Source: an uncultured SAR86 cluster bacterium
Lineage (GTDB): Bacteria > Pseudomonadota > Gammaproteobacteria > Magnimaribacterales > D2472
NCBI GenBank assembly: GCA_964276235.1
Contig: CAXYEK010000001.1
Location: 278,061-342,060, forward strand
DNA: 64,000 nt
Direction of reading: 5' to 3'
Position numbers and translations under genes: made by a program
Shown: one piece after another, positions 10,034 to 19,728 of the stretch
Position numbering within the stretch: position 1 is the first letter of the stretch
How the letters are laid out: every line of letters starts with the position of its first letter
Notes under the pieces: generated by a model
Told to the model about the DNA's origin: nothing
What the model saw: the letters and a program-made list of their open reading frames with translations, nothing else
The model's database searches: none

Positions 10034-10948
10034 ATGAGTACACAAAACTATTACGTACCAGATCAAAGTAGATTTCCTATATTTATGGCGTTTTCATTAT
10101 TCTTAATGGTTATGGGTGCTTCTAGTACTATTAATAATTTAGGCGACCCTGCCAGTAATTCAGTTTATATTTTATATGCTGGCTTTATATCTTTATTTAC
10201 AACTTTATTTTTTTGGTTTAGACAGGTCATAAAAGAACACATGGCAGGTCTAGACAGCAATCAGCTAAAAACATCTTATGTATATGGTATGGCTTGGTTT
10301 ATATTCTCAGAAGTAATGTTTTTTGCAGCATTTTTTGGAGCTTTATTCTACGTTCGAAATTTTGCAGTACCTTGGCTTGGTGGGGTTGGAGAGAAAGGTG
10401 TAGGTGTTGCCGCTATAGATCTTTGGGATGGATTTGAATCAACTTGGCCATTAATAACAACCCCAGACAAAGGTGCAGCATATGAACTTGCAGACAAGAG
10501 TATGGCATGGCCTGGTTGGGGACATGCACTAGAGTGGCTTCCTTTATGGAATACTATTGTTCTCCTAAGCTCAAGCGTTACCGTTCATTTTGCTCATGTT
10601 GGTTTAAAAGACGGAAATAGAAAAAAGTTTAATCGTTTCTTAGGAATAACAGTTACTCTTGCTTTAATATTTGTAGGCCTTCAAGCTGCAGAATACTATG
10701 AAGCCTATGCTCATTACGGATTAACTTTGAACTCAGGAATTTATGGGTCTACCTTCTTTATGCTTACAGGATTTCACGGTTTTCATGTAATGATGGGTGG
10801 AATTATGTTGGCAGTAATGTTGGCTAGGTCTGTTTTTGCTGGACATTTCGAAGACCATGACCATTTCGGGTTTGAAGCCGCATCATGGTATTGGCATTTT
10901 GTTGATGTGGTCTGGGTAATGTTGTTCTTGTTTGTCTATATTTTATAG
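10034..10948 (+). CDS. coxC: Cytochrome c oxidase subunit III
   Basis: 304 aa polytopic protein with GFHGFHVMMG and WYWHFVDVVW motifs. Confidence 0.9.
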   Translation: MSTQNYYVPDQSRFPIFMAFSLFLMVMGASSTINNLGDPASNSVYILYAGFISLFTTLFFWFRQVIKEHMAGLDSNQLKTSYVYGMAWFIFSEVMFFAAFFGALFYVRNFAVPWLGGVGEKGVGVAAIDLWDGFESTWPLITTPDKGAAYELADKSMAWPGWGHALEWLPLWNTIVLLSSSVTVHFAHVGLKDGNRKKFNRFLGITVTLALIFVGLQAAEYYEAYAHYGLTLNSGIYGSTFFMLTGFHGFHVMMGGIMLAVMLARSVFAGHFEDHDHFGFEAASWYWHFVDVVWVMLFLFVYIL

Positions 10949-10949
10949 A

Positions 10950-11168
10950 TTAAGCACCGTCCCATGGGACGCTATTGCCAAGTTCACCAGTAATTAATCC
11001 AATAGTAACAAGTATGACCAAAATAACAGCTAGAGCAACTCTGAAACCCAAACTATATACGGTTCTTTTGCTATCAGCTTTTCCTTGGTCTGCTATTAGA
11101 AAGTAAAGACCACTACCAAGTGATATCATGATTAAAAATACGTCAATGTATATAAGAGTCGTTATCAT
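10950..11168 (-). CDS. Small two-TM membrane protein of cox clusters (DUF2909-like)
   Basis: 72 aa with two hydrophobic helices. It sits antiparallel between coxC and SURF1, as in other gammaproteobacterial aa3 clusters. The family name is from memory. Confidence 0.5.
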   Translation of the reverse strand: MITTLIYIDVFLIMISLGSGLYFLIADQGKADSKRTVYSLGFRVALAVILVILVTIGLITGELGNSVPWDGA

Positions 11169-11248
11169 GGCAGTATTTTAAATCAAATGCAGTTTTATAG
11201 ATATGAAAAAAATTAACTTTAATCCAGGAAAAAGCCTAACAATATTCT

Positions 11249-11905
11249 TTGTTTTTTTTGCCTAGTGTATTTTTTGTACTGGGTGTTTGGCAAATCGAAA
11301 GAGGGCAAGCTAAAACAAAAATTATTGCAGCATTTGAGAGCAATTTAAAAGAAGATCCTGTATATCTTTCCTCTTTATCTGTTAAGTGGGATAGAGTTTT
11401 TGTTGAAGGTAATTGGGATACTGATAGCCAAGTTCTAGTAGATAACTCAATAAATAGAGGTATTCCTGGTTACAAAGTTTTGACCCCTTTAAAAATATTA
11501 AATTCAAATGAAACAATTCTTGTAGATAGAGGATGGATATCACAAAACTCCTCAAGAAAAGATCTTCCAGATGTAAATATAAGAAATGATTTAGTTTTAG
11601 TAAGTGGTATTTTGGAAGATCCAGAGCTAGGGTTCGTACTTTCTGAGAATTTAGTTACCTCAAGTTGGCCAAAAGTATCTCAAACAAAAAACCTCAAAAT
11701 CATTTCTAAAGAATATAATAGGGAGTTAGTACCATTCATTTTAGTAGCAGACCCTGTTCTAAAAAATAGTTTGGAGTATATAAAAATTATTCCAACTACC
11801 ATGATGCCAGCCAAGCACTATGGTTATTCAATGACATGGTTCTCAATGTTTGTAGCAATATGTTCAATGTATATATGGTTAGGATTTAAAAAAAATGAAG
11901 AATAA
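11249..11905 (+). CDS. SURF1 family cytochrome oxidase biogenesis protein; the N-terminus is probably disrupted or mis-phased at a T8 run
   Basis: LGVWQIERGQAK and a C-terminal TM helix with HYGYSMTWF are typical of SURF1. ATG 11203 encodes a matching N-terminal extension in another frame (see findings). Confidence 0.8.
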   Translation: MFFLPSVFFVLGVWQIERGQAKTKIIAAFESNLKEDPVYLSSLSVKWDRVFVEGNWDTDSQVLVDNSINRGIPGYKVLTPLKILNSNETILVDRGWISQNSSRKDLPDVNIRNDLVLVSGILEDPELGFVLSENLVTSSWPKVSQTKNLKIISKEYNRELVPFILVADPVLKNSLEYIKIIPTTMMPAKHYGYSMTWFSMFVAICSMYIWLGFKKNEE

Positions 11906-12467
11906 AATATTTTTAGCATCGATATTACTAACACCAATATTAGTAGTAGTCGCCTCGTCGTTATATTTCTCTTATGGCATCTCCTCAGATGATACATGGC
12001 GAGACAATACCAAAAATCATGGAGTATTTTTTAAAAGCTATTTCGAATTCAATCAATTCAATAAAAATGAAAAAGAAACTCTAATAGAGTTTGAAGATGG
12101 AAAATGGGTAATGGCTGTTTATATTACAAAACCAACTAAAGCTGTTGAATCCTTAAAGTGGATGCGACGACTAAATGTTGCCCTAAATAGAGACATTAAT
12201 AGAGTTAAGAGAGTAGCCTTTTATTCAAATGCTTTAATAGAAGAAGATGTAAATGCCTTGTTAAAAGAATACCCTAGAACAGATCTTATAAATGACAAAA
12301 ATGGAATATTAATAAATGTTCTTCAAAGGAACTCATTTATAGACATGAATGAAGAAAATCCAATATTCATCATTGATCCATATGGAAGGGCCGTAATGTA
12401 TTTTGAGCCCTCAACAGACAAAGTAGAGTATAAAAAAATATTGAAAGACCTTAAGGTGTTGATTTAA
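11895..12467 (+). CDS. Membrane-anchored protein of the cox biogenesis cluster; Cys-less SCO/thioredoxin-like fold suspected
   Basis: 190 aa with an N-terminal TM helix. GKWVMAVYITKPTKAVESL and IFIIDPYGRAVMYF parallel GKWTLMYFGFSRCPDECPTTM and IILLNPEAEFVGLF of the SCO1 gene in this window. Confidence 0.5.
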   Translation: MKNKIFLASILLTPILVVVASSLYFSYGISSDDTWRDNTKNHGVFFKSYFEFNQFNKNEKETLIEFEDGKWVMAVYITKPTKAVESLKWMRRLNVALNRDINRVKRVAFYSNALIEEDVNALLKEYPRTDLINDKNGILINVLQRNSFIDMNEENPIFIIDPYGRAVMYFEPSTDKVEYKKILKDLKVLI

Positions 12468-13441
12468 TGAATAGTATTAAAAATTTATCTTTTTTTGGTA
12501 TATGTTTGGCTTTTGTAGTAATTGCCTTGGGAGCATGGACTAGATTAGTTGATGCTGGTTTAGGCTGCCCTGATTGGCCTGGCTGCTATGGTTTTGTTGT
12601 TTTCCCTATCAATGAGTCCGATATTGCTATGGCTGAAAGCTTGTATCCTGAATTCCCATATGACATAAATAAGGCCATACCAGAAGTTGTTCATAGATAC
12701 TTTGCTGCTGCCCTAGGTTTCTTTGCTATTTTGCTTGTATACCTTTCTTTTAAACAAAAAGAAAATAAAAGAATTAGATTGTGGGCAATTGGATTACTAA
12801 TATTTATTTGTTGCCAAGGACTATTCGGGTACTTAACTGTTAGCTTAAAACTATTACCTATAATAGTAACAGGTCATCTTTTTGGGGGTTTCACTACCCT
12901 TACTCTATTTTTTTACATTTACTTAATGTCTGGGAATTTTCAAATCTTAGATAAAATGAAAATTCCTAATTTAAAATTTATTGCCGGACTGGCACTTTTT
13001 ATTTTAATAATTCAGATATTTTTAGGAGTTTGGACAAGTACCAACTATGCATCACTAGCTTGTGCTGACTTTCCAACCTGTCAGGGCACCTATCTCCCAG
13101 AAATGGATTTTAAAAATGGCTTTAATTTAAATCAAGAAGTTGGACCTAACTATTTATATGGGTTGCTAGATAATCCATCGAGAGTTGCAGTGCATTACTC
13201 GCATAGAGTTTCAGCCTTACTGCTAACATTCATTTTTTTAATTTTGATGTCTAAACTATGGTTCTCAAATGCAGCACCTCTTGCTTCAACTCTTGGAGTT
13301 CTTCTTCTTACACAAATAAGCCTAGGAATAATAAATGTTGTTTATGTTCTTCCTTTATATGTAGCAATCGCTCATAACCTTGTTGCGGCTACATTGTTAC
13401 TAACCGTATTTACAGTAAATTATTTAGCTTGGAAAAAATGA
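12467..13441 (+). CDS. ctaA: Heme A synthase (COX15/CtaA)
   Basis: 324 aa, about 8 TM helices, with GAWTRLVDAGLGCPDWPGCYG N-terminal and HR..A motifs. Confidence 0.85.
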   Translation: MNSIKNLSFFGICLAFVVIALGAWTRLVDAGLGCPDWPGCYGFVVFPINESDIAMAESLYPEFPYDINKAIPEVVHRYFAAALGFFAILLVYLSFKQKENKRIRLWAIGLLIFICCQGLFGYLTVSLKLLPIIVTGHLFGGFTTLTLFFYIYLMSGNFQILDKMKIPNLKFIAGLALFILIIQIFLGVWTSTNYASLACADFPTCQGTYLPEMDFKNGFNLNQEVGPNYLYGLLDNPSRVAVHYSHRVSALLLTFIFLILMSKLWFSNAAPLASTLGVLLLTQISLGIINVVYVLPLYVAIAHNLVAATLLLTVFTVNYLAWKK

Positions 13442-14298
13442 GTCTTCTAAAAAGCTATTACATTCTTTGCAAGCCTAATGTTGTCTATATGATGCTGATA
13501 TGTGCTTTAGTTGGAATGCTTCTAGCTGAAGAATCTGTATCATCTGTTAGCACTATTGTTATTGCACTTATTGGAATCGCTTTATGCTCTGGTTCGGCTG
13601 CAGCAATCAATCAAGTATTTGATAGAAAGGCTGATGCCTCGATGACCAGAACTGATCAAAGACCTTTGCCTCAAGGCGAACTCACTGCTTTTCATGCATC
13701 ATGTTTTGCATTTGTTATAGGAGCAATAGGTGCCTTAATACTTTATTTATTTATAAATACACTAACGATGATGTTAACTATTGCATCTTTGATAGGCTAT
13801 GCATTCGTCTACACGGTTTATTTAAAAAGAGCTACGCCTCAGAATATTGTAATTGGAGGCTTAGCTGGTGCCGCTCCGCCACTCTTAGGCTGGGCTGCTA
13901 TCAGCAATACTATTGACCCGTTTGCACTTTTACTAGTTTTAATAATTTTTGCATGGACACCGCCTCATTTTTGGGCACTAGCAATATATCGAAAAGACGA
14001 ATACGCAAAAGAATCAATTCCAATGTTACCAGTAACCCATGGTGTCGCCTTCACTAAGCTTCAAATAGTTTTATACACGATCATTTTATTTATTGTTAGC
14101 ATTCTTCCATATATTGTCTTGATGTCTGGCGTAATATATTTAATTTCAGCTATCACTCTTAGCTCGATTTTTATGTACTATTCAATCAAGCTTTATTTCA
14201 GCTCTGATGATGAAGTCGCAATGCAAACATTTAACTTTTCAATATATTATATTTTCTTAATATTCGTTGCCTTATTGTGTGACCATTATTTGATCTAA
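13429..14298 (+). CDS. cyoE: Protoheme IX farnesyltransferase (heme O synthase)
   Basis: UbiA-family polytopic protein with NQVFDRKADASMTRTDQRPLP and TPPHFWALA motifs. Confidence 0.9.
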   Translation: MEKMSLLKSYYILCKPNVVYMMLICALVGMLLAEESVSSVSTIVIALIGIALCSGSAAAINQVFDRKADASMTRTDQRPLPQGELTAFHASCFAFVIGAIGALILYLFINTLTMMLTIASLIGYAFVYTVYLKRATPQNIVIGGLAGAAPPLLGWAAISNTIDPFALLLVLIIFAWTPPHFWALAIYRKDEYAKESIPMLPVTHGVAFTKLQIVLYTIILFIVSILPYIVLMSGVIYLISAITLSSIFMYYSIKLYFSSDDEVAMQTFNFSIYYIFLIFVALLCDHYLI

Positions 14299-14939
14299 TG
14301 AAGCCTATAAATAAAAATTTATTATTAATTCTAATTTTTATAGTTACTGTTCTAAGTCTTTTCATTAATATGCTTACAACACCACGAACACTTAGCAATA
14401 ATGAACTTCTTGTAAATGGACTTTTTCTTTTTGAGAAGCCTAAACAAATCTCAAACTTTGAGTTTTTTTCAGCTAACAATAAATCTTTTACTAAAGATAG
14501 TCTTAAGGGAAAATGGACATTAATGTACTTTGGCTTTTCAAGATGTCCTGATGAATGCCCAACAACAATGTATGAGCTTTCTAAATTAGTAAAAGTTTTA
14601 AGAGATAAAGGATACCGATTAGATAACAAGCAATGGGTTCTTGTAACCATTGACCCTGAAAGAGATAGCCCTGAAATTATTGATAACTATGCAAAAGGTT
14701 TTGACAAAGACTTTATGGGTGTAAGTAATGTTAGACCAATGTTATTAAATCTTGCCACACAACTATCAGTTAATAACGTTATGCCAAACATGGGAGATGC
14801 CATGGACCATTCACATTTAGACAATCATGTGAATAGCATTATTCTTTTAAATCCTGAAGCAGAGTTTGTCGGTCTTTTCAGACCTCCTTTTAATACGTCT
14901 AGGCTTTCATTAACATATCAGTCAGTAACCCAGGACTAA
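14298..14939 (+). CDS. SCO1/SenC copper chaperone
   Basis: GKWTLMYFGFSRCPDECP (CxxxC), a downstream His, and an N-terminal anchor. Last gene of the cox cluster. Confidence 0.85.
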   Translation: MKPINKNLLLILIFIVTVLSLFINMLTTPRTLSNNELLVNGLFLFEKPKQISNFEFFSANNKSFTKDSLKGKWTLMYFGFSRCPDECPTTMYELSKLVKVLRDKGYRLDNKQWVLVTIDPERDSPEIIDNYAKGFDKDFMGVSNVRPMLLNLATQLSVNNVMPNMGDAMDHSHLDNHVNSIILLNPEAEFVGLFRPPFNTSRLSLTYQSVTQD

Positions 14940-15941
14940 AAATTAATTACTACTTTTCCTTTAGCTTTTCTGTTTGCGAGATGAGCTATAGCATCTGCTG
15001 ATGTATCTAATGTAAATTTATCAGAAGTTTGTGGATTAATTTTACCTTGAGAAAATAGATTAAATAATTCATCAAAGTTTTTTAGATTTTCTGCAGCAAA
15101 CATGGCTACCCAAGCACCCCAGAAAACTCCAACAATTTGACACCCTTTTAAGAGGGTCAAGTTTAGAGGCATTTTAGGAATTTGATCAGCGCCTGCAGCA
15201 AACCCAATCACTAGATATCTTCCATCCCACGCAATTGATCTCAAACATGGTTCTGCATAGCTTCCGCCAACAGGGTCATAGATAACATTTGGTCCTAAAC
15301 CACCTGTTAGCTCTTTAATTTTGTTGGAAAGTTCTTTTTGTTGATCTCTATCCAGATTGCCTGAAGGGTATATAAAAGCTTCATCAGCTCCATTGGCTAT
15401 ACATATATCTATTTTTTCTTGTGTAGATGCTGCTGCAATTACTTTTGCTCCCATAGCTTTGCCAAGTTGGATAGTTGCTAGACCAACTCCTCCTGATGCT
15501 CCTAGAACTAATAAGGTTTCACCCGGTTGAATATTGGCTCTTTGTTTCAACGCATATATTGATGTGCCATATGTTACAGAAAGAGCTGCAGCAACTTCAT
15601 AGTCCATACCCTCAGGAATTGGCCTTAATGTTGACTGATGAGTAAGTATTTTTTCTGCTATGCCACCAATCATACTGGCAGTAATAACTTTATCGCCAAC
15701 TTTATAATCTGTTACTCCTTCGCCGACTTCTGATATTACTCCAGCAGATTCGCCGCCTGGCGTAAAAGGAAGAGGAGGTTGGAACTGATATAGCCCTTGA
15801 ATCATTAATACATCTGGAAAATTAACACTAGCAGATCTCACATCAATAATAACGTGCTCAGCCAGCTATGACTGGATCATCAATTTCATTAACTGATAGT
15901 TTTTCTGGCCCACCTAGTTCAGTACATTGTAAAGCTTTCAT
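14936..15941 (-). pseudogene. qor: NADPH:quinone oxidoreductase (MDR/zeta-crystallin family), split by a 1-nt frame disruption
   Basis: ATG 15941 encodes MKALQCTELGGPEKLSVNEIDDPVIAG and then stops (TGA 15860-15858). The next frame continues (A)EHVIIDVRSASVNFPDVLMIQG... into ORF 14936-15841, which carries GASGGVG. Confidence 0.75.
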
Positions 15942-15953
15942 TAGTTTCCCTAT

Positions 15954-17447
15954 TTATATCTGTTTGTTATAAGAGTGCATGAAGGAATCTATATCACCAA
16001 CAGCCTCTTTTTGAATTTTATCAAACTTTTGCAAAGATTCCTCAGCTTCTTTTTCAAATATTTGTAGATCTATATCTTTGTATGAACTTAATTTTTTAAA
16101 ATTCTCTTTTGCTTTTGCAATTCCAGTTTCATGAAAAGTTAGATCAGCATTAAATATATTTGTTTTATTTGTTATTTCTTTTACAGCCTCTATGTATCTT
16201 TTATCATTCATAGCTTCTGCAATAAATCTTAATTCATTAATTAGATTAGTTCTGGCCTCTTGAAGAGGACATTCAGAGTCTTTGTAAATAATTTTTGTAT
16301 TTAGATTTCTACCATTTTTTATGGTTTGAGCATCATTACTTTCAATTATAGCTTTTTCTTCGTTATTCATTTCCGGACTAGAATTTATTAAACAATGCAT
16401 AAGAATTAAATCAATAATTCTCATCTGGTTTTTTGATATGCCTGTAACTTCGTCAGGAGAAAGATCTATGCCTCTTACCTCAACATACTTGATACCTTCA
16501 TCTTTTAAAAGTTGATAGGGCCTCTTGCCTGAGTCACCAGCCCTTTTAGGCCTAATGCAATCGTATAGCTCATTTTCAATTTGAAGTATTCCATTTGAGA
16601 TCTGATGATATTCGTCATTCGAATCTTTTAATCCTAAAGATGCAAACTCTGGATACGGATTGATGATAGCTTGTCTCACCTCTTCTAGAAAATTATCTAG
16701 GTTGTTATATTTTATATTAAGATTTTTTTGTGCCTTACTTTGATAGCCTATTTCACTCATCCTCAAAGAAGTTGCATCTTTATGATATAAATCTGACTCA
16801 TTGAGAAAATTCAAATCATTTTCCCTTCCTGCAACAAATGACTTATCTACGATTGGTGAACTGCCAAACTCAGACAAGACAAACCAAAATACCCTTTTAA
16901 AATTTCTAATTAGACCAAGATAGAGATTATCTACCTCTTTCTGTGAGTGAGGTCCGATAAGTTCTTCGATAGAAGATTCTGATAAAGAAAAATTATAATG
17001 AATGCCTGAAACGCATTGCATAGTCTTACCATATCTCACAGTAAGGCCTTTTCTATAAATATGCTTTAACTTACCCATATTGCTATCAGAGTATGTTGCT
17101 ATATTAATTTTTGATTCATCCTCAATTCTTGGTGGCATCGAATAAGGCCATAGCATTTCTTCATCATCTAGATTATTACTAATAAAAATGTGAAGCTTGA
17201 GAAGATAATCATAAAGGCTTTCAATATCATTAAATACAGGCGTAACAATTTCAACAAGCGCCTCTGCAAAGTCTGTTGTTATTGAAGGATTTGTAAACGA
17301 AGACCCAAGAGACTTAGGGTGTGATTTCTCTGAAATGAAGCCTTGTTTATTAATTCTTAAAGACTCTTTCTCAATACCTCTCTCTATTTGTAAATCTTGA
17401 AAGAAGCCTTGTTCTTTGAGTTCTGCTATTTTTTTGTGGAATTCCAC
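15954..17447 (-). CDS. gshA: Glutamate--cysteine ligase
   Basis: 497 aa. N-terminal ERGIEKESLRI and overall proteobacterial GshA-like layout. Confidence 0.85.
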   Translation of the reverse strand: MEFHKKIAELKEQGFFQDLQIERGIEKESLRINKQGFISEKSHPKSLGSSFTNPSITTDFAEALVEIVTPVFNDIESLYDYLLKLHIFISNNLDDEEMLWPYSMPPRIEDESKINIATYSDSNMGKLKHIYRKGLTVRYGKTMQCVSGIHYNFSLSESSIEELIGPHSQKEVDNLYLGLIRNFKRVFWFVLSEFGSSPIVDKSFVAGRENDLNFLNESDLYHKDATSLRMSEIGYQSKAQKNLNIKYNNLDNFLEEVRQAIINPYPEFASLGLKDSNDEYHQISNGILQIENELYDCIRPKRAGDSGKRPYQLLKDEGIKYVEVRGIDLSPDEVTGISKNQMRIIDLILMHCLINSSPEMNNEEKAIIESNDAQTIKNGRNLNTKIIYKDSECPLQEARTNLINELRFIAEAMNDKRYIEAVKEITNKTNIFNADLTFHETGIAKAKENFKKLSSYKDIDLQIFEKEAEESLQKFDKIQKEAVGDIDSFMHSYNKQI

Positions 17448-17455
17448 TATAGGCT

Positions 17456-19000
17456 CTATATCTTTGGTCCTGCAGCAACAATTTCTGGGCTGACATCAAA
17501 CTTGTTAAAATTATCTTGGAATTTATTAATAAGCTCATCGAGATATTTTTTATACTCTTCTTTATCTTCCCATGTTTCAACAGGATTTAATAAAGCGGAG
17601 TCAACCCCATCAACAGAAACAGGAACTTCAAGATTTAATCCAGGGACATGCTGAGTTTGAACATCATTTAATTCACCATTTTGAATTGCGTTAACGACCC
17701 TTCTAGTTGTTGGTATATTAAATCTAGAGCCAACGCCATAAGGTCCACCAGTCCAACCCGTATTAACTAAGAATACTTTAGCACCGTTTGCTTCTACTCT
17801 TTTCATTAGTAAATCTGCATAAACTCCAGCTGGCCTTGGAAAAAATGGAGCACCAAAACACGTTGAAAAAGTTGATGCAATAGATGAACTAGAGCCCATT
17901 TCTGTTGAGCCAACTTTTGCGGTATAGCCGCTTAAGAAATGATACGCCGCCGCTTCTTTTGAAAGAATAGAAACGGGAGGCAGTAATCCTGTTAGATCAC
18001 AAGTTAAGAAAATTACAGTTTCTGCTTCTCCAGCAGCATTCCCATCAATAGCGTTATCTACATGAGATCTTGGATAACAACATCTTCCATTTTCTGATAA
18101 GGACGTATTAGCATAATCTGGAGTATTAGACTCATCTAAAAATACATTTTCAATTACACTACCGTGTTTGATAGCTTTAAAAATAACTGGCTCATTTTCT
18201 AATGATAAGTCTATGGTTTTTGCGTAACACCCGCCTTCAAAATTAAAGACAGAATTTGGAGCCCAACCATGTTCATCATCACCAATTAAAGAACAACTTG
18301 GATCTGCAGAAAGAGTTGTTTTGCCTGTTCCAGATAGACCAAAGAAAAGAGCTACTTTTCCATCTGCATTAACATTAGCAGAGCAATGCATCGGAAGGAC
18401 ATCTTTTTCAGGTAGCAAGAAGTTCTGTGCTGAGAACATTGATTTTTTCATTTCCCCCGCATACTTCATTCCAGCAATTAGAACCTTTCTTTTTGCAAAA
18501 TTAAGAATTACACAGCCATCAGAGTTTGTTCCATCCTCAGCTGGGTTGCATTCATAATTTGCTGCAGAAAGTATCTCCCATTCTTGTTTATGTGCAGGAT
18601 TAAATACATTAGGCACAACAAATATTAGTCGAGAAAATAAACCATGCCATGCAGTTTCTGTAGTTACTTTTACTGGCAAGTAATGATCTTCATGTGACCC
18701 CACGTGAACCATCGAGACATATCTGTCTTTTTCTGCCATGTAAGATTCAACTTTATCCCATAAAGCATCAAATTTATTTTCATCAAAAGGCTTATTAACA
18801 TCGCCCCAATCAATAAGATCAGACGATCCAGGTTCTTGAACTATAAATCTATCATTAGGACTTCTGCCCGTTCTCTCACCTGTATTAGCAGCAAAAGCTC
18901 CATTGCTTGCCAAAACACCTTCATTATTTTCTACCGCCTTTGCAATAAGCTCTTCAGTAGATAATTCATGCGCTTGAGATGTTGTATTCATTTCATTCAT
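17456..19000 (-). CDS. pckA: Phosphoenolpyruvate carboxykinase (ATP)
   Basis: [11 protein letters not shown] kinase-1a motif and IGDDEHGW; 514 aa. Confidence 0.95.
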   Translation of the reverse strand: MNEMNTTSQAHELSTEELIAKAVENNEGVLASNGAFAANTGERTGRSPNDRFIVQEPGSSDLIDWGDVNKPFDENKFDALWDKVESYMAEKDRYVSMVHVGSHEDHYLPVKVTTETAWHGLFSRLIFVVPNVFNPAHKQEWEILSAANYECNPAEDGTNSDGCVILNFAKRKVLIAGMKYAGEMKKSMFSAQNFLLPEKDVLPMHCSANVNADGKVALFFGLSGTGKTTLSADPSCSLIGDDEHGWAPNSVFNFEGGCYAKTIDLSLENEPVIFKAIKHGSVIENVFLDESNTPDYANTSLSENGRCCYPRSHVDNAIDGNAAGEAETVIFLTCDLTGLLPPVSILSKEAAAYHFLSGYTAKVGSTEMGSSSSIASTFSTCFGAPFFPRPAGVYADLLMKRVEANGAKVFLVNTGWTGGPYGVGSRFNIPTTRRVVNAIQNGELNDVQTQHVPGLNLEVPVSVDGVDSALLNPVETWEDKEEYKKYLDELINKFQDNFNKFDVSPEIVAAGPKI

Positions 19001-19140
19001 AATTTGTGTTGCAAAGACATTATAAGTTTATTGTAGTGACTAGAGTATATCTGTAGTGAATAAAGTCAATTATCTCTGTGATTCCTTTAAAAGGCTATAT
19101 TATAGGTATTTAAGCTTGTAGTTTTATTACAATAATTGAA

Positions 19141-19656
19141 TTATCTACCTTTTATTAGCTTAATACCTGTTAACAAAAGGAAAGTAATAAAAAATATAAA
19201 ACCCCATTCTGCAAAGTTAAAAATAAATCTCCAATTTTCTGCAGCACATGTAGGGCCGCCTTGATAAGCATTAGAAATACCACCAATCAACCCAAAATAT
19301 TCTATTTGAGTACTTAAAGGCATCCCACAGCCCATTGAAAGATTGGCAATTTCCTCTGGACTAAGATTTTGAAGATAAATTTGTTTTCCTGTTACAGCGA
19401 TTCCTGATAACGAAGATAGAACGATAAGTAGTTTATTAAATCTATAAAGTTTATTTGTTAGTACTCCCATAAATGATATGAAAGCAATTAAACCAAAAGC
19501 ATATCTTGTCATTATGCACATTGGACAAGCCTCTAGCCCCAAAAAATTGTCCATAAAAATAGCTAATAAAATAATTAAAACAGCGCTTAAACAGGACGCT
19601 ATTTCAAAATAGTTTTGATAAACTGTTTTTATAAAACTTATTAGATGTTTGAACAT
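19141..19656 (-). CDS. dsbB: Disulfide bond formation protein DsbB
   Basis: Four TM helices, first-loop CPMC and second-loop Cys pair. The ORF opens at 19701, but I prefer Met16 (MFKHLISF, 19656) because it leaves room for the divergent polA promoter. Confidence 0.75.
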   Translation of the reverse strand: MFKHLISFIKTVYQNYFEIASCLSAVLIILLAIFMDNFLGLEACPMCIMTRYAFGLIAFISFMGVLTNKLYRFNKLLIVLSSLSGIAVTGKQIYLQNLSPEEIANLSMGCGMPLSTQIEYFGLIGGISNAYQGGPTCAAENWRFIFNFAEWGFIFFITFLLLTGIKLIKGR

Positions 19657-19728
19657 AATTACGTATTTTTTCTTTATATAGTATAGAAAAAACTCATGCA
19701 TAATACATCTAAGTAATTAAAATTTAAT

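Noticed and set aside
14231-14650. 139-aa ORF antisense to the SCO1 and ctaB genes
   Set aside because: It lies entirely opposite two well-supported genes and has Ser/Leu/Arg/Ile-rich low-complexity composition typical of antisense frames. It has no recognisable motif and no RBS context.
15855-15866. Programmed +1 frameshift at GGC-UGA-G in qor, analogous to prfB
   Set aside because: tRNA-Gly re-pairing on GCU is poor, and I saw no upstream SD-like stimulator. Two other genes nearby show non-analogous single-base disruptions. Error or decay is more parsimonious; it is kept only as a remote alternative in the findings.
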